From: an uncultured Gammaproteobacteria bacterium
GTDB taxonomy: Bacteria > Patescibacteriota > Microgenomatia > Levybacterales > UBA12049
Assembly (NCBI GenBank): GCA_964515545.1
Contig: CAZERI010000002.1
Coordinates: 1-55,611 of the forward strand
Reading direction: 5' to 3'
DNA: 55,611 nucleotides
This document shows, piece by piece, positions 8,938-19,514 of this stretch (within the stretch, counting starts at the first letter, position 1; every line of letters starts with the position of its first letter). The notes under the pieces are model-generated. The model was given only the letters and a program-made list of their open reading frames with translations, was not told the DNA's origin and did not search any database. The position numbers and the translations under genes are program-made.

Positions 8938-9815
8938 AAATACTTGGTACAGGACTTACTGGCTTGATGGGATCTCGCATTACGGAGCTTCTTTCGCCTC
9001 ACTACTCTTTTAAAAACATCAGTCGATCAGAGGGAATAGATATTACCAATAGCGACCAGGTTAAAAAAGTAATAATTAACTCTGATTGTGATACAGTCCT
9101 ACATTTAGCTGCTTTTACGAATGTTAAAGAAGCAGAATTTGAAAAAGAGCAGGGAGAAGCTAGTGAGTCTTGGAGAATAAACGTTATTGGTACAGAAAAT
9201 ATTATTAATGCATGTAATGAGACAGGTAAAAAACTGATTTATACTTCAACAGATTTGGTTTTTGATGGAGAAAATACTCCCGAAGGTGGCTACACGGAGG
9301 ATGATAAAGAAAATCCTCTCAATTGGTATGCAAAAACAAAATTTGAAGGTGAGCTACGAGTAAGAGAAGCCCGGTGTCCTTGGATTGTTATACGGCCTGC
9401 CTATCCCTATAGAGCGTCATATGAAAAAAATGATTTTGTCAGACTTTTTATCCAGAAATTAGAGAATAATGAACCACTCACTCTTTTGTCAGATAGAATT
9501 GTGACTCCAACCTTTATCGATGATATCGCGTATGCTCTCGACATTCTTCTCTCAAAAAAATGCTCAGGAATCTATCATACAGTAGGCAGTACTATGCTTA
9601 GCGTTTATGATGCTGCAGAAGTAATTTGCGATATTTTCAGCTTTGACAAAAGCCTCTTATCAAAGACCACTCGTAAAGAATTTTTAATTGATCGTCCGCC
9701 TGAACCCTTTAATTCGGCGTTGAATAATGCTAAAATACGGAGATTAGGTGCGAATATGCATACCTTCAAAGAGGGTGTAGAGGCAATTAAGCTGCAGCGC
9801 ATTGGTGGGGAATAA
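8934..9815 (+). CDS. rfbD: dTDP-4-dehydrorhamnose reductase
   Basis: HLAAFTNV, STDLVFDG, PLNWYAKTK, PTFIDD. Confidence 0.88.
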   Translation: MKILGTGLTGLMGSRITELLSPHYSFKNISRSEGIDITNSDQVKKVIINSDCDTVLHLAAFTNVKEAEFEKEQGEASESWRINVIGTENIINACNETGKKLIYTSTDLVFDGENTPEGGYTEDDKENPLNWYAKTKFEGELRVREARCPWIVIRPAYPYRASYEKNDFVRLFIQKLENNEPLTLLSDRIVTPTFIDDIAYALDILLSKKCSGIYHTVGSTMLSVYDAAEVICDIFSFDKSLLSKTTRKEFLIDRPPEPFNSALNNAKIRRLGANMHTFKEGVEAIKLQRIGGE

Positions 9816-9840
9816 TTACTCACAGAATTCTTCAAATTAT

Positions 9841-11139
9841 ATGAAAGTAACATTTATCGGACACGGATATGTAGGCCTTGTATCAGCAGCTGTCTTTGCT
9901 GATTTAGGCAATACTGTCTGGGTAATCGGACATACTCCAGAAAAAATTGAAAATTTAAAGAAGGGAATAATTCCTATTTATGAGCCAGGTCTTGAAGAAT
10001 TAGTAAAAAGGAACGTAGATGCTGGGCGTCTGCTTTTTACACTTGACTATGAACCAGGTATTGCTGAATCTGACGTTGTCTTTATTGCGGTAGGAACTCC
10101 TCCAAAGCCAACCGGTGAAGCAGATCTTTCTGTTGTGTATGATGTCGCACAGAAGATAGGGAAGCATTTAGATGGTTATACAGTCGTAATTACTAAAAGT
10201 ACTGTTCCAATCGGAACTAATCGAGAAGTCCAAAAGTTAATTAATGAGGTAAAATCAGATAAAGCAACATTTGATATAGCTTCTGTTCCAGAGTTCTTAC
10301 GTGAAGGGCAGGCTATTGGTGATACGCTTCACCCTGATCGTGTAGTAATCGGTACTGACAGTCAGGACGCCCAAGAGATCCTCCTCCGGCTGCATGAGCC
10401 ATTGGATGGAGCAAGGGTCTTAACTACCATCGAGACTGCAGAAATGCTTAAGTATGCAGCTAATGCTTTTTTGGCTACTAAGATTTCCTTCGCTAATGCA
10501 ATAGCTGAAATGTCTGAGAAACTAGGAGCTCAGGGCCCTCAAGTTCTGGAGGGAATTGGACTTGATAAGCGTATCGGGAAGGCCTTCCTTAGTGCAGGAG
10601 TCGGATACGGTGGAAGCTGTTTCCCTAAAGATGTTAAAGCATTAATTGCAATTGCTAATGACAATGACTATGATTTCACACTTTTGAAAGATGTAGAGGC
10701 GATTAATAAACACAGCATGCTCAGAACTGTTACTAAAGCAAATAAAATGCTTGGAGGGCTTAAAGGTAAAACAGTTGCTGTCTTGGGGCTTGCTTTCAAA
10801 CCAGATACTGATGATATGCGTGACGCACCATCTCTCACGATCATCCCTGAGCTTTTAAAAGAAGGAGCAAGTGTCAAAACATTTGATCCAATCGCAATGG
10901 TGAATGCAAAACGATTACTGAAAGATTATGACGGCATTACTTTCACTGATGATGTATATGATACTGTTAAAGATGCAGATTTATTACTGTTAGTAACAGA
11001 ATGGAATGAGTTTAAGGAGTTAGACATAGCTAAAGCAGGAGAGTTGATGAAGCAAAAAAATATTCTCGACGGACGGAATGTTTATGACCCAGAGGTCGTA
11101 CGAAGCCTCGGATTCACCTATCAAGGAATAGGGAGATGA
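9841..11139 (+). CDS. ugd: UDP-glucose 6-dehydrogenase
   Basis: GHGYVG, PEFLREG, GGSCFPKD catalytic Cys, AFKPDTDD; start refined to ATG 9841. Confidence 0.95.
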   Translation: MKVTFIGHGYVGLVSAAVFADLGNTVWVIGHTPEKIENLKKGIIPIYEPGLEELVKRNVDAGRLLFTLDYEPGIAESDVVFIAVGTPPKPTGEADLSVVYDVAQKIGKHLDGYTVVITKSTVPIGTNREVQKLINEVKSDKATFDIASVPEFLREGQAIGDTLHPDRVVIGTDSQDAQEILLRLHEPLDGARVLTTIETAEMLKYAANAFLATKISFANAIAEMSEKLGAQGPQVLEGIGLDKRIGKAFLSAGVGYGGSCFPKDVKALIAIANDNDYDFTLLKDVEAINKHSMLRTVTKANKMLGGLKGKTVAVLGLAFKPDTDDMRDAPSLTIIPELLKEGASVKTFDPIAMVNAKRLLKDYDGITFTDDVYDTVKDADLLLLVTEWNEFKELDIAKAGELMKQKNILDGRNVYDPEVVRSLGFTYQGIGR

Positions 11140-12095
11140 AGAAAGTATTAATAACCGGTATTACGGGATTTGCAGGACAGTATTTAGCAGAGACTCTTAT
11201 CGACTCTTCCTCAGCTGAGCTCCACGGAACATACCATTCAGAAGACAGCGTTAATCGGCTAGGAGAATTAAAAAATAAGATTAATTCTTACCAAGTTGAT
11301 TTAACAAATAAAGACCAAGTTGAGAACCTCATCAGCCAGGTTGAGCCTGATGAGATTTATAATTTGGCAGCGCAGACATCTCCTTCTCAAAGTATTAAAG
11401 ACCCGACTGGAACGTTGCTTACTAATACTCTTTCTGAGTTATATCTTTTTGATGCTATCAAGAATAGTGCTAATCCTCATATGAGAATTTTGGCTGTCTC
11501 GTCAGCTGAGATTTATGGAGCCATAGATCCATCAGATCTACCAGTCGATGAAGATACTCCTTTTCGTCCGATCACTCCGTATGCAGTTTCGAAGATTACT
11601 CAAGATTATTTAGCGTTACAGTATTTTCTGGCACATAAGCTGCAAATAATAAGGGTTAGACCATTTAACCATTTTGGACCACGCCAGCAGCCTAAATTTG
11701 TTGTACCTATGTTTGCTAAGCAGATTGCTGAGATTGAGAAAGGGAGACAAGAACCTCTGATGAAAGTTGGTAACTTGAGAGCTCGAAAGGACTTTACTGA
11801 TGTAAGAGATGTAGTTAAAGCATATAGTCTACTCATGGAGAAAGGTACTCCAGGAGAAGTCTACAACGTCGGATCAGGGAAATCGGTAGAGATTCAACAG
11901 ATATTGGATATCCTAATTGGCCTCTCAGATAAGAAAATCATAGCTGAGAGAGATGATGACCTCTATAGAGAGGCAGAGACTGCGGACAGTTACTGCAACT
12001 ATCAAAAACTTAAAGATTTGACTGGATGGGAGCCTCGAATTCCTCTTGAGACAACGCTAAAAGATACTCTAGACTATTTCAGAGAACTTGTATAA
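11136..12095 (+). CDS. rmd: GDP-4-dehydro-6-deoxy-D-mannose reductase-like SDR (Rmd)
   Basis: GITGFAG, SSAEIYG, YAVSK, RPFNHFGPRQ, RDFTDVRD; adjacent to gmd. Confidence 0.72.
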   Translation: MKKVLITGITGFAGQYLAETLIDSSSAELHGTYHSEDSVNRLGELKNKINSYQVDLTNKDQVENLISQVEPDEIYNLAAQTSPSQSIKDPTGTLLTNTLSELYLFDAIKNSANPHMRILAVSSAEIYGAIDPSDLPVDEDTPFRPITPYAVSKITQDYLALQYFLAHKLQIIRVRPFNHFGPRQQPKFVVPMFAKQIAEIEKGRQEPLMKVGNLRARKDFTDVRDVVKAYSLLMEKGTPGEVYNVGSGKSVEIQQILDILIGLSDKKIIAERDDDLYREAETADSYCNYQKLKDLTGWEPRIPLETTLKDTLDYFRELV

Positions 12096-12110
12096 AATAG
12101 TTTGAGACCA

Positions 12111-13091
12111 ATGGCAAAACGAGCACTCATTACAGGAATTACAGGGCAAGACGGTTCTTACCTCGCTGAGCTTCTTCTCGATAAAGGTTATGAGGTGTAT
12201 GGTTTTGTTCGTCGCCTTAGTACCCCTAATATCGGTAATATTCAGCATATTCAGGATAAAATCCACTTAGTTTCAGGTGATCTTCTAGATCAGGGATCAC
12301 TTCAGGATGCATTAAAAGAAGCCCGTCCGGATGAGGTTTATAATTTGGCAGCGCAGTCATTCGTGAAAGCTTCATGGGAGCAGCCTGTCCTCACTGGAGA
12401 GTTTACAGGTATTTCAGTGACACGAGTTCTGGAAGCGATCAGGCATACTGATAAAAATATCCGTTTTTATCAAGCATCAAGCTCAGAGATGTTTGGAAAA
12501 GTTACAGAAACTCCGCAGAAAGAAACAACGCGTTTCTATCCGCGGTCTCCTTATGGGGTAGCAAAAGTTTATGGACACTATATAACTGTCAATTATCGGG
12601 AGAGTTATGATATATTTGCTTGTTCTGGAATTCTTTTTAATCATGAGTCACCTCGTCGTGGTATAGAATTTGTTACCCGTAAAATCAGTAACTCTGTAGC
12701 TCGCATTAAGTTAGGACTTCAGGATAAAATTGAGTTAGGTAATCTTGAAGCAAAACGGGATTGGGGTTTTTCAAAAGATTATGTTGAAGCAATGTGGTTG
12801 ATGCTCCAACAGGATAAACCTGATGATTTTGTCATCGCAACAGGTGAGACACATAGCGTGAGAGAGTTCGTGGAGCTGGCCTTCCAGGCAGCGGGTATTT
12901 CTGATTGGGAGAAGTATGTCGAGGCGAATAATCCTAAGTTCAATCGTCCAGCAGAAGTAGATTACCTTATAGGTGATTATAGTAAGGCCAAAAGTGTATT
13001 AGGCTGGACACCTAAGACTTCTTTTAAAGAATTAGTTGATATGATGGTTAAATCAGATATTGAGCTTGAGAAAGATATCCATCGCCTCTAA
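12111..13091 (+). CDS. gmd: GDP-mannose 4,6-dehydratase
   Basis: [36 protein letters not shown]. Confidence 0.96.
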   Translation: MAKRALITGITGQDGSYLAELLLDKGYEVYGFVRRLSTPNIGNIQHIQDKIHLVSGDLLDQGSLQDALKEARPDEVYNLAAQSFVKASWEQPVLTGEFTGISVTRVLEAIRHTDKNIRFYQASSSEMFGKVTETPQKETTRFYPRSPYGVAKVYGHYITVNYRESYDIFACSGILFNHESPRRGIEFVTRKISNSVARIKLGLQDKIELGNLEAKRDWGFSKDYVEAMWLMLQQDKPDDFVIATGETHSVREFVELAFQAAGISDWEKYVEANNPKFNRPAEVDYLIGDYSKAKSVLGWTPKTSFKELVDMMVKSDIELEKDIHRL

Positions 13092-13139
13092 TTCATCTAT
13101 CTTCTGGTTAGCGGAGCTATTTCTTGATACAATAATTAT

Positions 13140-14090
13140 ATGCAGACTGTTCTTATCGCCGGGGGTGCAGGTTTTATTGGGTCTCATCTATGTGAACGTC
13201 TCTTAGCAGAGAAGTATAAGGTAATTTGTGTTGATAATTTACTCACAGGATCACGCTCAAATATCGACCATTTACAAGGAAAAGAGAACTTCGTTTTTTT
13301 GAATCATAACGTAATTGAACCACTTCCTGAAATGGAGCATGTTGATGCTGTTTTTCATCTAGCTTCCCCAGCTTCTCCAAATCATCATAGTAAGCTTAGT
13401 TATCATGCTCTCCCTATGGAGACTATGTTAGTTAACACTCGGGGCACTATGGAGCTTTTAAAGTTTACTGAAAGGAATAAAGCTAAATTTCTCTTTGCTT
13501 CGACATCTGAGACTTATGGAGATCCTGAAATCCATCCTCAGCCTGAGGAGTATAGAGGGAATGTCTCAACGACCGGACCTCGTGCTGTGTATGATGAGGC
13601 AAAGCGTTTCGGGGAAACAATTACAAGTTATTTTTGGCGAGAGAAAGATGTTGATGCAAGAATTGTGCGTATTTTTAATACCTATGGTCCACGGCTTTCA
13701 AAAGAGGATATGCGAATGATTAGTATCTTTATTCAGCAAGCCTTAAAGGGAGAAAAAATTACTATCTTTGGTGATGGACAGCAAACCCGTTCACTCTGTT
13801 ATATCGATGATTTAATTGAAGGATTGGTACGGCTTATGTTCTATCCTGACACTAAGGGACAGATTGTTAATTTAGGGTCTACCGATGAACATACAATACA
13901 AGAGTATGCTACCATAGTAAAAGAACTGACTCATTCTCAAAGTGAAATCATCCATAGTGAGGATTTACCTGAAGATGATCCAGTTAAGAGACGGCCTGAT
14001 ATATCAAAAGCCAAAAGACTACTTGATTGGGAACCAAGAGTTCCTTTAAAGGATGGGTTACAAAAATTAATAGAGTCTTATAAAGAATAG
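13140..14090 (+). CDS. uxs: UDP-glucuronate decarboxylase (UDP-xylose synthase)
   Basis: HLASPASP, STSETYGDP, YDEAKR, RIFNTYGPR, DDPVKRRPDI. Confidence 0.88.
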   Translation: MQTVLIAGGAGFIGSHLCERLLAEKYKVICVDNLLTGSRSNIDHLQGKENFVFLNHNVIEPLPEMEHVDAVFHLASPASPNHHSKLSYHALPMETMLVNTRGTMELLKFTERNKAKFLFASTSETYGDPEIHPQPEEYRGNVSTTGPRAVYDEAKRFGETITSYFWREKDVDARIVRIFNTYGPRLSKEDMRMISIFIQQALKGEKITIFGDGQQTRSLCYIDDLIEGLVRLMFYPDTKGQIVNLGSTDEHTIQEYATIVKELTHSQSEIIHSEDLPEDDPVKRRPDISKAKRLLDWEPRVPLKDGLQKLIESYKE

Positions 14091-14091
14091 T

Positions 14092-15207
14092 ATGAAGATT
14101 GTAGTAATGATCCCAACATATAATGAGAAAACTAACATAGAGAAGATGATTCCTGTTCTTGAGAAGGAAGTCTTTCCTAAAATTAAAGATCATACGATGC
14201 ATATATTAGTAGCAGATGATGGTTCTCCTGATGGAACAAAAGAGGTAGTGGAAGAATACATGAAAAAATATAAAAATCTTCATCTCTTAGAGGGGGAGAA
14301 GAATGGACTCGGGGCTGCCTATGTGAGAGCTATGAAGTATGCAATGGACGAAATGAACGCTGAAGCTGTTATTGAATTTGATTCAGATTTTCAGCATGAT
14401 CCTCATGATATTCCAAGACTTGTTTCTGCTATGGATGAAGGATATGACTATGTTATAGGAAGTAGATATATTCCTGGTGGGCAGATTCCTAAAGAGTGGG
14501 GTATTGATAGAAAAATTTTAAGTAGATTTGGAAGTCTCTTTACTCGTATCGTCTGGCTCAAACCCTCGATCCATGATATGACTTCGGGTTTTAAATTAAC
14601 CAAGACATCTTTCCTTAAAAAAGTTGATTTAGACCATCTTCTCTCAAAAGATTTTGCTTATAAAATGCATATTCTTCACGACTTAATAAAGCTTGGTGCA
14701 AAAGTGAAAGAAGTTCCAATTATATTTTATGAAAGAGAAGCAGGGGCAAGCAAAATTAATCAAAAAGATCAAATAGATTCTCTGTATGTTGTTTTAATGC
14801 TTCGTCTTCGTGATTCAGAAAAATTTATTAAATTTTTAGTCGTTGGAGGGACAGGATTTATTCTTAATTTAGTAGTTTATAATAGTCTTGCTACCCAGAC
14901 TTCCTTACCTTTATGGATTGCTAATACCGCTGGAGCCGAGCTGGCAATATTTTCAAATTATAATTTTAATAATTTTTGGACCTTTAAAGAACATCAAGCA
15001 AAAAGTGTTGGACAGTATTTTACAAAAATGATTTCATTTTTCCTTACTTCAAATATCGGTGTTTTTATATTTCAGAATGGACTTATTCAGTTAGGAGAGA
15101 CTTTTTATGGCCGACAGTATCATCTGATTTATTTTCTTATAGGAACAGCAATGCTCTTGGTATGGAATTTCACTATTTATAATAGGTTTATCTGGAAGAA
15201 AAAATAA
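14092..15207 (+). CDS. Polyprenol-phosphate glycosyltransferase (GT2, Dpm1-like) fused to GtrA-like flippase domain
   Basis: IPTYNE, DDGSPDGT, DSDFQH, GSRY; C-terminal 4-TM KFLVVG..N..NF..N..WTF..WNF pattern. Confidence 0.88.
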   Translation: MKIVVMIPTYNEKTNIEKMIPVLEKEVFPKIKDHTMHILVADDGSPDGTKEVVEEYMKKYKNLHLLEGEKNGLGAAYVRAMKYAMDEMNAEAVIEFDSDFQHDPHDIPRLVSAMDEGYDYVIGSRYIPGGQIPKEWGIDRKILSRFGSLFTRIVWLKPSIHDMTSGFKLTKTSFLKKVDLDHLLSKDFAYKMHILHDLIKLGAKVKEVPIIFYEREAGASKINQKDQIDSLYVVLMLRLRDSEKFIKFLVVGGTGFILNLVVYNSLATQTSLPLWIANTAGAELAIFSNYNFNNFWTFKEHQAKSVGQYFTKMISFFLTSNIGVFIFQNGLIQLGETFYGRQYHLIYFLIGTAMLLVWNFTIYNRFIWKKK

Positions 15208-15217
15208 TCCCCTTTTT

Positions 15218-16771
15218 ATGCTACTTCGAATACAAGCTTTTTTTAATAAGCATACTACGAGTATTATCCTGGCAATTGTTGTGCTGGCGTCATTTTTAAG
15301 ACTTTATAGAATTTCAGATTATATGAACTTCCTTGGAGATGAGGGAAGAGATGTCCTTACCGTAAAACATATTCTTGAAGGACAATTAACATTTCTTGGA
15401 CCGAGGTCGAGTGCTGCCGATTTTTATTATGGACCTATTTATTATTATTTGATTACACCTTTTCTGTGGCTTTTCCATTATGATCCCGTGGGACCTGCAG
15501 TTTTTATCGCTCTTTTAGGAATTGTAACAGTCTATGGAGTTTATAAAGTTGGTAAAAAGTTTTTTGGGACTTCAGCTGGTATTATAGCATCGGCTCTTTA
15601 TGCTGTTTCCCCTGTTGTTATTACTTATTCACACTCGTCATGGAATCCAAATCCACTTCCCCTTGTCTCTCTTATAACCTTATTCTTGGCATATAACGGA
15701 TTAAAAAATCCCAAACTATGGAAATTTTTAGTAATTGGAATTTTACTTGGTATTGCTATTCAGCTGCAGTATTTAGCTCTCTTTTTAGGAGCGATTGTCT
15801 TTATCTATGTTCTACTTGGAACAATTATTACTGAAAAGAAATTAGCCCTTTTTGCCTTAATTAAGAGGGTTACACTAATAGTGGGAGGGTTTGTAATAGG
15901 ATGGTCGCCCTTCCTTGTTTTTGAAATACATCATGGCTTTCCAAACCTCAAAACAATTATCCTTTTTTTGTCGGGGAAAATACCTTCTTCAGCTCTTACT
16001 TACTCAACTCCTTTAGGACAAGTCTATGAGGTATTTTTTAAATTATTTGCAAGATTAGTAACAGTCTTTCCCTTAACTGATTTATCACGTATCCATGATA
16101 CAAATCAATTGTATATATGGTATCTCTTATCTCTTCTTTTGGGAATAGTTGCAGTACTTGGGGTTAGTAAGATAAAAGATAGGCTAGTTCAACTTCTTAT
16201 TATCCTTTGGCTAGTAATCGGTATTGGGATGTTTGCGTTTTATAAGAAAAGTATTTATGACTATTACTTGGGATTTATGTTCCCTTTACCATTCCTCCTT
16301 ATTGGCAATACTGCAGTAGAATTATTTAATTTGACTAGAAAAAAGGCTATTAGATTTGGTGTTATTGCAATTGTACTTTTCTTGTTTATCTTTAACCTTA
16401 TCTATATGCCATTTAGGTATGAGCCGAACAAAATTAAAAATCAGGTTAAGACAATTGCTGAGATTGTCATCTCACATACAGATAACAAGCCCTTTAATTT
16501 TGCGCTCATAACGGCCGGTAATTCTGATCATGCATACAGATATTATTTAGAAGTATTAGGATATAAGCCGGTTGAAATGCAAAATACTGTTTTAGATCCT
16601 AAACGCCAAACTGTTACTGATCAGCTTATGGTGGTCTGTGAGGACTTGTCCTGCGGGCCATTAGGTTATCCGCTTTTTGAAGTCGCTGGCTTTGGTAGAG
16701 CAGAAATTGCAGGTGAATGGGATGGTCCTCATGTCAAAGTATTTAGACTTGTTCACTATATGGGTAAGTAG
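15218..16771 (+). CDS. GT-C fold integral membrane glycosyltransferase (PMT_2/ArnT-like)
   Basis: About 11-12 TM helices; first loop FLGDEGRD acidic motif; GPIYYYL; follows GT2-GtrA. Confidence 0.8.
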   Translation: MLLRIQAFFNKHTTSIILAIVVLASFLRLYRISDYMNFLGDEGRDVLTVKHILEGQLTFLGPRSSAADFYYGPIYYYLITPFLWLFHYDPVGPAVFIALLGIVTVYGVYKVGKKFFGTSAGIIASALYAVSPVVITYSHSSWNPNPLPLVSLITLFLAYNGLKNPKLWKFLVIGILLGIAIQLQYLALFLGAIVFIYVLLGTIITEKKLALFALIKRVTLIVGGFVIGWSPFLVFEIHHGFPNLKTIILFLSGKIPSSALTYSTPLGQVYEVFFKLFARLVTVFPLTDLSRIHDTNQLYIWYLLSLLLGIVAVLGVSKIKDRLVQLLIILWLVIGIGMFAFYKKSIYDYYLGFMFPLPFLLIGNTAVELFNLTRKKAIRFGVIAIVLFLFIFNLIYMPFRYEPNKIKNQVKTIAEIVISHTDNKPFNFALITAGNSDHAYRYYLEVLGYKPVEMQNTVLDPKRQTVTDQLMVVCEDLSCGPLGYPLFEVAGFGRAEIAGEWDGPHVKVFRLVHYMGK

Positions 16772-16783
16772 ATCATAGAATTC

Positions 16784-16812
16784 TTGACACCTATTCTATA
16801 AGCCGGTACACT
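16784..16812 (+). promoter_or_regulatory. Sigma70-type promoter of suf operon
   Basis: TTGACA-17 nt-TACACT, ending 9 nt before ATG 16822. Confidence 0.7.
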
Positions 16813-16821
16813 TGTAGCTTG

Positions 16822-17556
16822 ATGCTTCAATTACGTAATTTCCACGCAGGTATTCCTCACAAAGAAATTATCCATGGTATAGACCTCACCATAAAACCAG
16901 GACAGGTGCATGCTGTTATGGGTCCTAACGGTGCTGGGAAAACAACACTTGCCATGAGTCTCATGGGACATCCGCATTATGAGTTAAAAATAGAAGATGC
17001 AGAATTCAGTATTAACGATACAGATATGAAAACATTACTCCCAGAGGAGAGGGCAAGGGCGGGGTTATTCATATCTTTTCAAAGCCCAGTAGAAATAACT
17101 GGCGTTTCATTTTTAGCCTTTTTAAGGACCGCTCATAAAGCACTCTATCCTGAGCAGAAAATACCACTTAGTGAGTTTAAAAAGAGAGTTAGAGAAGCCC
17201 TGGCTTCAGTTTCACTGAGCGAAGAATTTATGCAGCGTTCTGTTAATGAAGGGTTTTCGGGCGGAGAAAGGAAGAGAGCAGAGATTGCTCAACTTTTAGT
17301 TCTTCGGCCCCAATTTGTAATTTTAGATGAAATTGATTCAGGATTGGATATCGATAGTCTTAAAATTGTCGCCGAAGTTGTAAACAAAGCAGTAAAAGAA
17401 TATAACATGGGAGTCCTTATTATTACGCATTATCAACGTATCCTCCATTTTCTTAAGCCCAACTTCGTACATGTCTTAGTAGATGGAAAAATTAAAAGGA
17501 CCGGCAAAATGAGTCTTGTTAAGCTAATCGAGAAAGAAGGATATGCAGCAATTTGA
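16822..17556 (+). CDS. sufC: Fe-S assembly ATPase SufC
   Basis: [40 protein letters not shown]. Confidence 0.96.
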   Translation: MLQLRNFHAGIPHKEIIHGIDLTIKPGQVHAVMGPNGAGKTTLAMSLMGHPHYELKIEDAEFSINDTDMKTLLPEERARAGLFISFQSPVEITGVSFLAFLRTAHKALYPEQKIPLSEFKKRVREALASVSLSEEFMQRSVNEGFSGGERKRAEIAQLLVLRPQFVILDEIDSGLDIDSLKIVAEVVNKAVKEYNMGVLIITHYQRILHFLKPNFVHVLVDGKIKRTGKMSLVKLIEKEGYAAI

Positions 17557-18934
17557 TTTATCGGGATATCAATTTGGATTCCATGACAATATTAAACCCG
17601 TCTATACAACGCCTAAAGGATTATCTGAAAAAATTGTTCGTGAGATTTCCTACCAAAAAAAAGAACCAGAGTGGATGCTTAATAGGAGACTTGGAGCCTT
17701 AAGAATTTTCTATGAAAAACCTCTTCCAATGTGGGGAGGAGATCTTACAAAAATTAATTTTGATGATATTTATTACTATGTTAAACCGACTGAAAAACAA
17801 GTAACTTCTTGGGATGATCTACCACCAGAAATAAAAAATACCTACGATAAAATAGGCATCCCAGAAGCAGAAAAAAAATTCCTGGCAGGAGTTGGTGCGC
17901 AATATGATTCGGAAGTTGTCTATCATAATCTGTCTAAAATGCTTGAGGATCAGGGAGTAATTTTTTGTGATACAGATACTGCCCTAAAGAAGTATCCTGA
18001 ACTTTTTAAAGAATATTTTGGGAAAATAATCCCTGCCGGAGATAATAAATTGGCTGCCTTAAATACGGCGGTTTGGTCAGGTGGATCATTCATCTATGTC
18101 CCTAAAGGAGTGCATGTAAAATTACCTCTTCAGGCTTACTTTAGGATAAACGCTAAAAATATGGGACAGTTTGAGAGAACGCTTATCATTGCGGATGAGG
18201 GATCTTATGTCCATTATGTTGAGGGATGTACTGCCCCCATTTTTACGACTGACTCGCTTCATGCAGCAGTAGTCGAGATCCTCGTTAAAAAAGGAGCCCG
18301 CGTACGATATACCACCATCCAAAACTGGAGCAAAAACGTCTATAACCTTGTTACAAAGAGAATGTTTGTCGAAGAGGAAGGGTTTGGTGAATGGATTGAT
18401 GGGAATTTGGGAAGCCAATTGACCATGAAATACCCATCAGTATTTCTTAAAGGGCGTAAGGCTAGAGGAGAAGTTTTATCGTTAGCATTTGCCGGTAAGG
18501 ACCAGCATCAGGATGCAGGTGGTAAAGCCTTCCATCTAGCTCCTGAGACAACATCTGTTATTACCTCAAAATCAGTAAGTAAAGATGGAGGAAGGACTTC
18601 CTACAGAGGGTTATTACATGTAGCAAAAGGTGCTGTCGATAGCAGATCTACAGTGAGGTGTGATGCATTGCTGCTTGATGAACTGAGTAGATCAGATACA
18701 TATCCTACTATGCGGGTGAATGAGGAGAGAGTGACTATCGGTCATGAGGCTTCAGTATCCCGAATTGGTGAAGAACAGTTATTTTATTTTCAATCCCGAG
18801 GGATACCGCAGCAGCAAGCAGAAGTTATGATAGTTAATGGTTTTATTGAGCCCATCGTTAAGGAATTACCTATGGAATACGCGGTTGAATTAAATAGATT
18901 AATCCAGTTGGAGATGATAGGATCCGTAGGGTGA
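17543..18934 (+). CDS. sufB: Fe-S assembly scaffold SufB
   Basis: [27 protein letters not shown]. Confidence 0.97.
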   Translation: MQQFDLSGYQFGFHDNIKPVYTTPKGLSEKIVREISYQKKEPEWMLNRRLGALRIFYEKPLPMWGGDLTKINFDDIYYYVKPTEKQVTSWDDLPPEIKNTYDKIGIPEAEKKFLAGVGAQYDSEVVYHNLSKMLEDQGVIFCDTDTALKKYPELFKEYFGKIIPAGDNKLAALNTAVWSGGSFIYVPKGVHVKLPLQAYFRINAKNMGQFERTLIIADEGSYVHYVEGCTAPIFTTDSLHAAVVEILVKKGARVRYTTIQNWSKNVYNLVTKRMFVEEEGFGEWIDGNLGSQLTMKYPSVFLKGRKARGEVLSLAFAGKDQHQDAGGKAFHLAPETTSVITSKSVSKDGGRTSYRGLLHVAKGAVDSRSTVRCDALLLDELSRSDTYPTMRVNEERVTIGHEASVSRIGEEQLFYFQSRGIPQQQAEVMIVNGFIEPIVKELPMEYAVELNRLIQLEMIGSVG

Positions 18935-19512
18935 TGAAAAATAAGGTTATATCAATAAAAGTTAAAAAAAATGAAGAGATGGTCTATCCATTTATCTGGA
19001 TTAATGGAAAGGAAGAAGAAGTTACTCTAAAGGTAGAACTGGTCGGCGATAATTCCTCCTTTCTGTTATGTGGTATTTTCCTAGGGAGTAAAGATAACCA
19101 AATTACTTTTAATACGGATGTGACTCATCGAGGTAAGAATACAAAAAGTCTAACAACAATGCGTGCAGTTTTTTTTGATAATTCTTCATTTAATAACGAC
19201 GGGATGGTAAGGATTAACAAAGGAGCAAAAAATACAGACGGGTATTTTCAATCAAAAGTATTATTATTTGATAATGCGAAAGGTCGCAGTGTTCCTTCGT
19301 TGGAAATTGATGAAAACGAAGTAAAAGCGGGGCATGGATCAACGATTGGCAGGCCTGATCAAAATCAATTATCTTATTTACGAAGTAGAGGCCTTTCAGA
19401 GAAGGATGCAGAAGCACTTATTGTCAGTGGATTTTTTGAACCACTAATTGCATTACTTCCGCTTAATAGACAAAAACGATCGAGGAAAGATATTCAGCAT
19501 TTCCTTGGCTAG
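18931..19512 (+). CDS. sufD: SufD-like protein (short, C-terminal beta-helix only)
   Basis: [26 protein letters not shown]; position between sufB and sufS. Confidence 0.88.
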   Translation: MMKNKVISIKVKKNEEMVYPFIWINGKEEEVTLKVELVGDNSSFLLCGIFLGSKDNQITFNTDVTHRGKNTKSLTTMRAVFFDNSSFNNDGMVRINKGAKNTDGYFQSKVLLFDNAKGRSVPSLEIDENEVKAGHGSTIGRPDQNQLSYLRSRGLSEKDAEALIVSGFFEPLIALLPLNRQKRSRKDIQHFLG

Positions 19513-19514
19513 TT

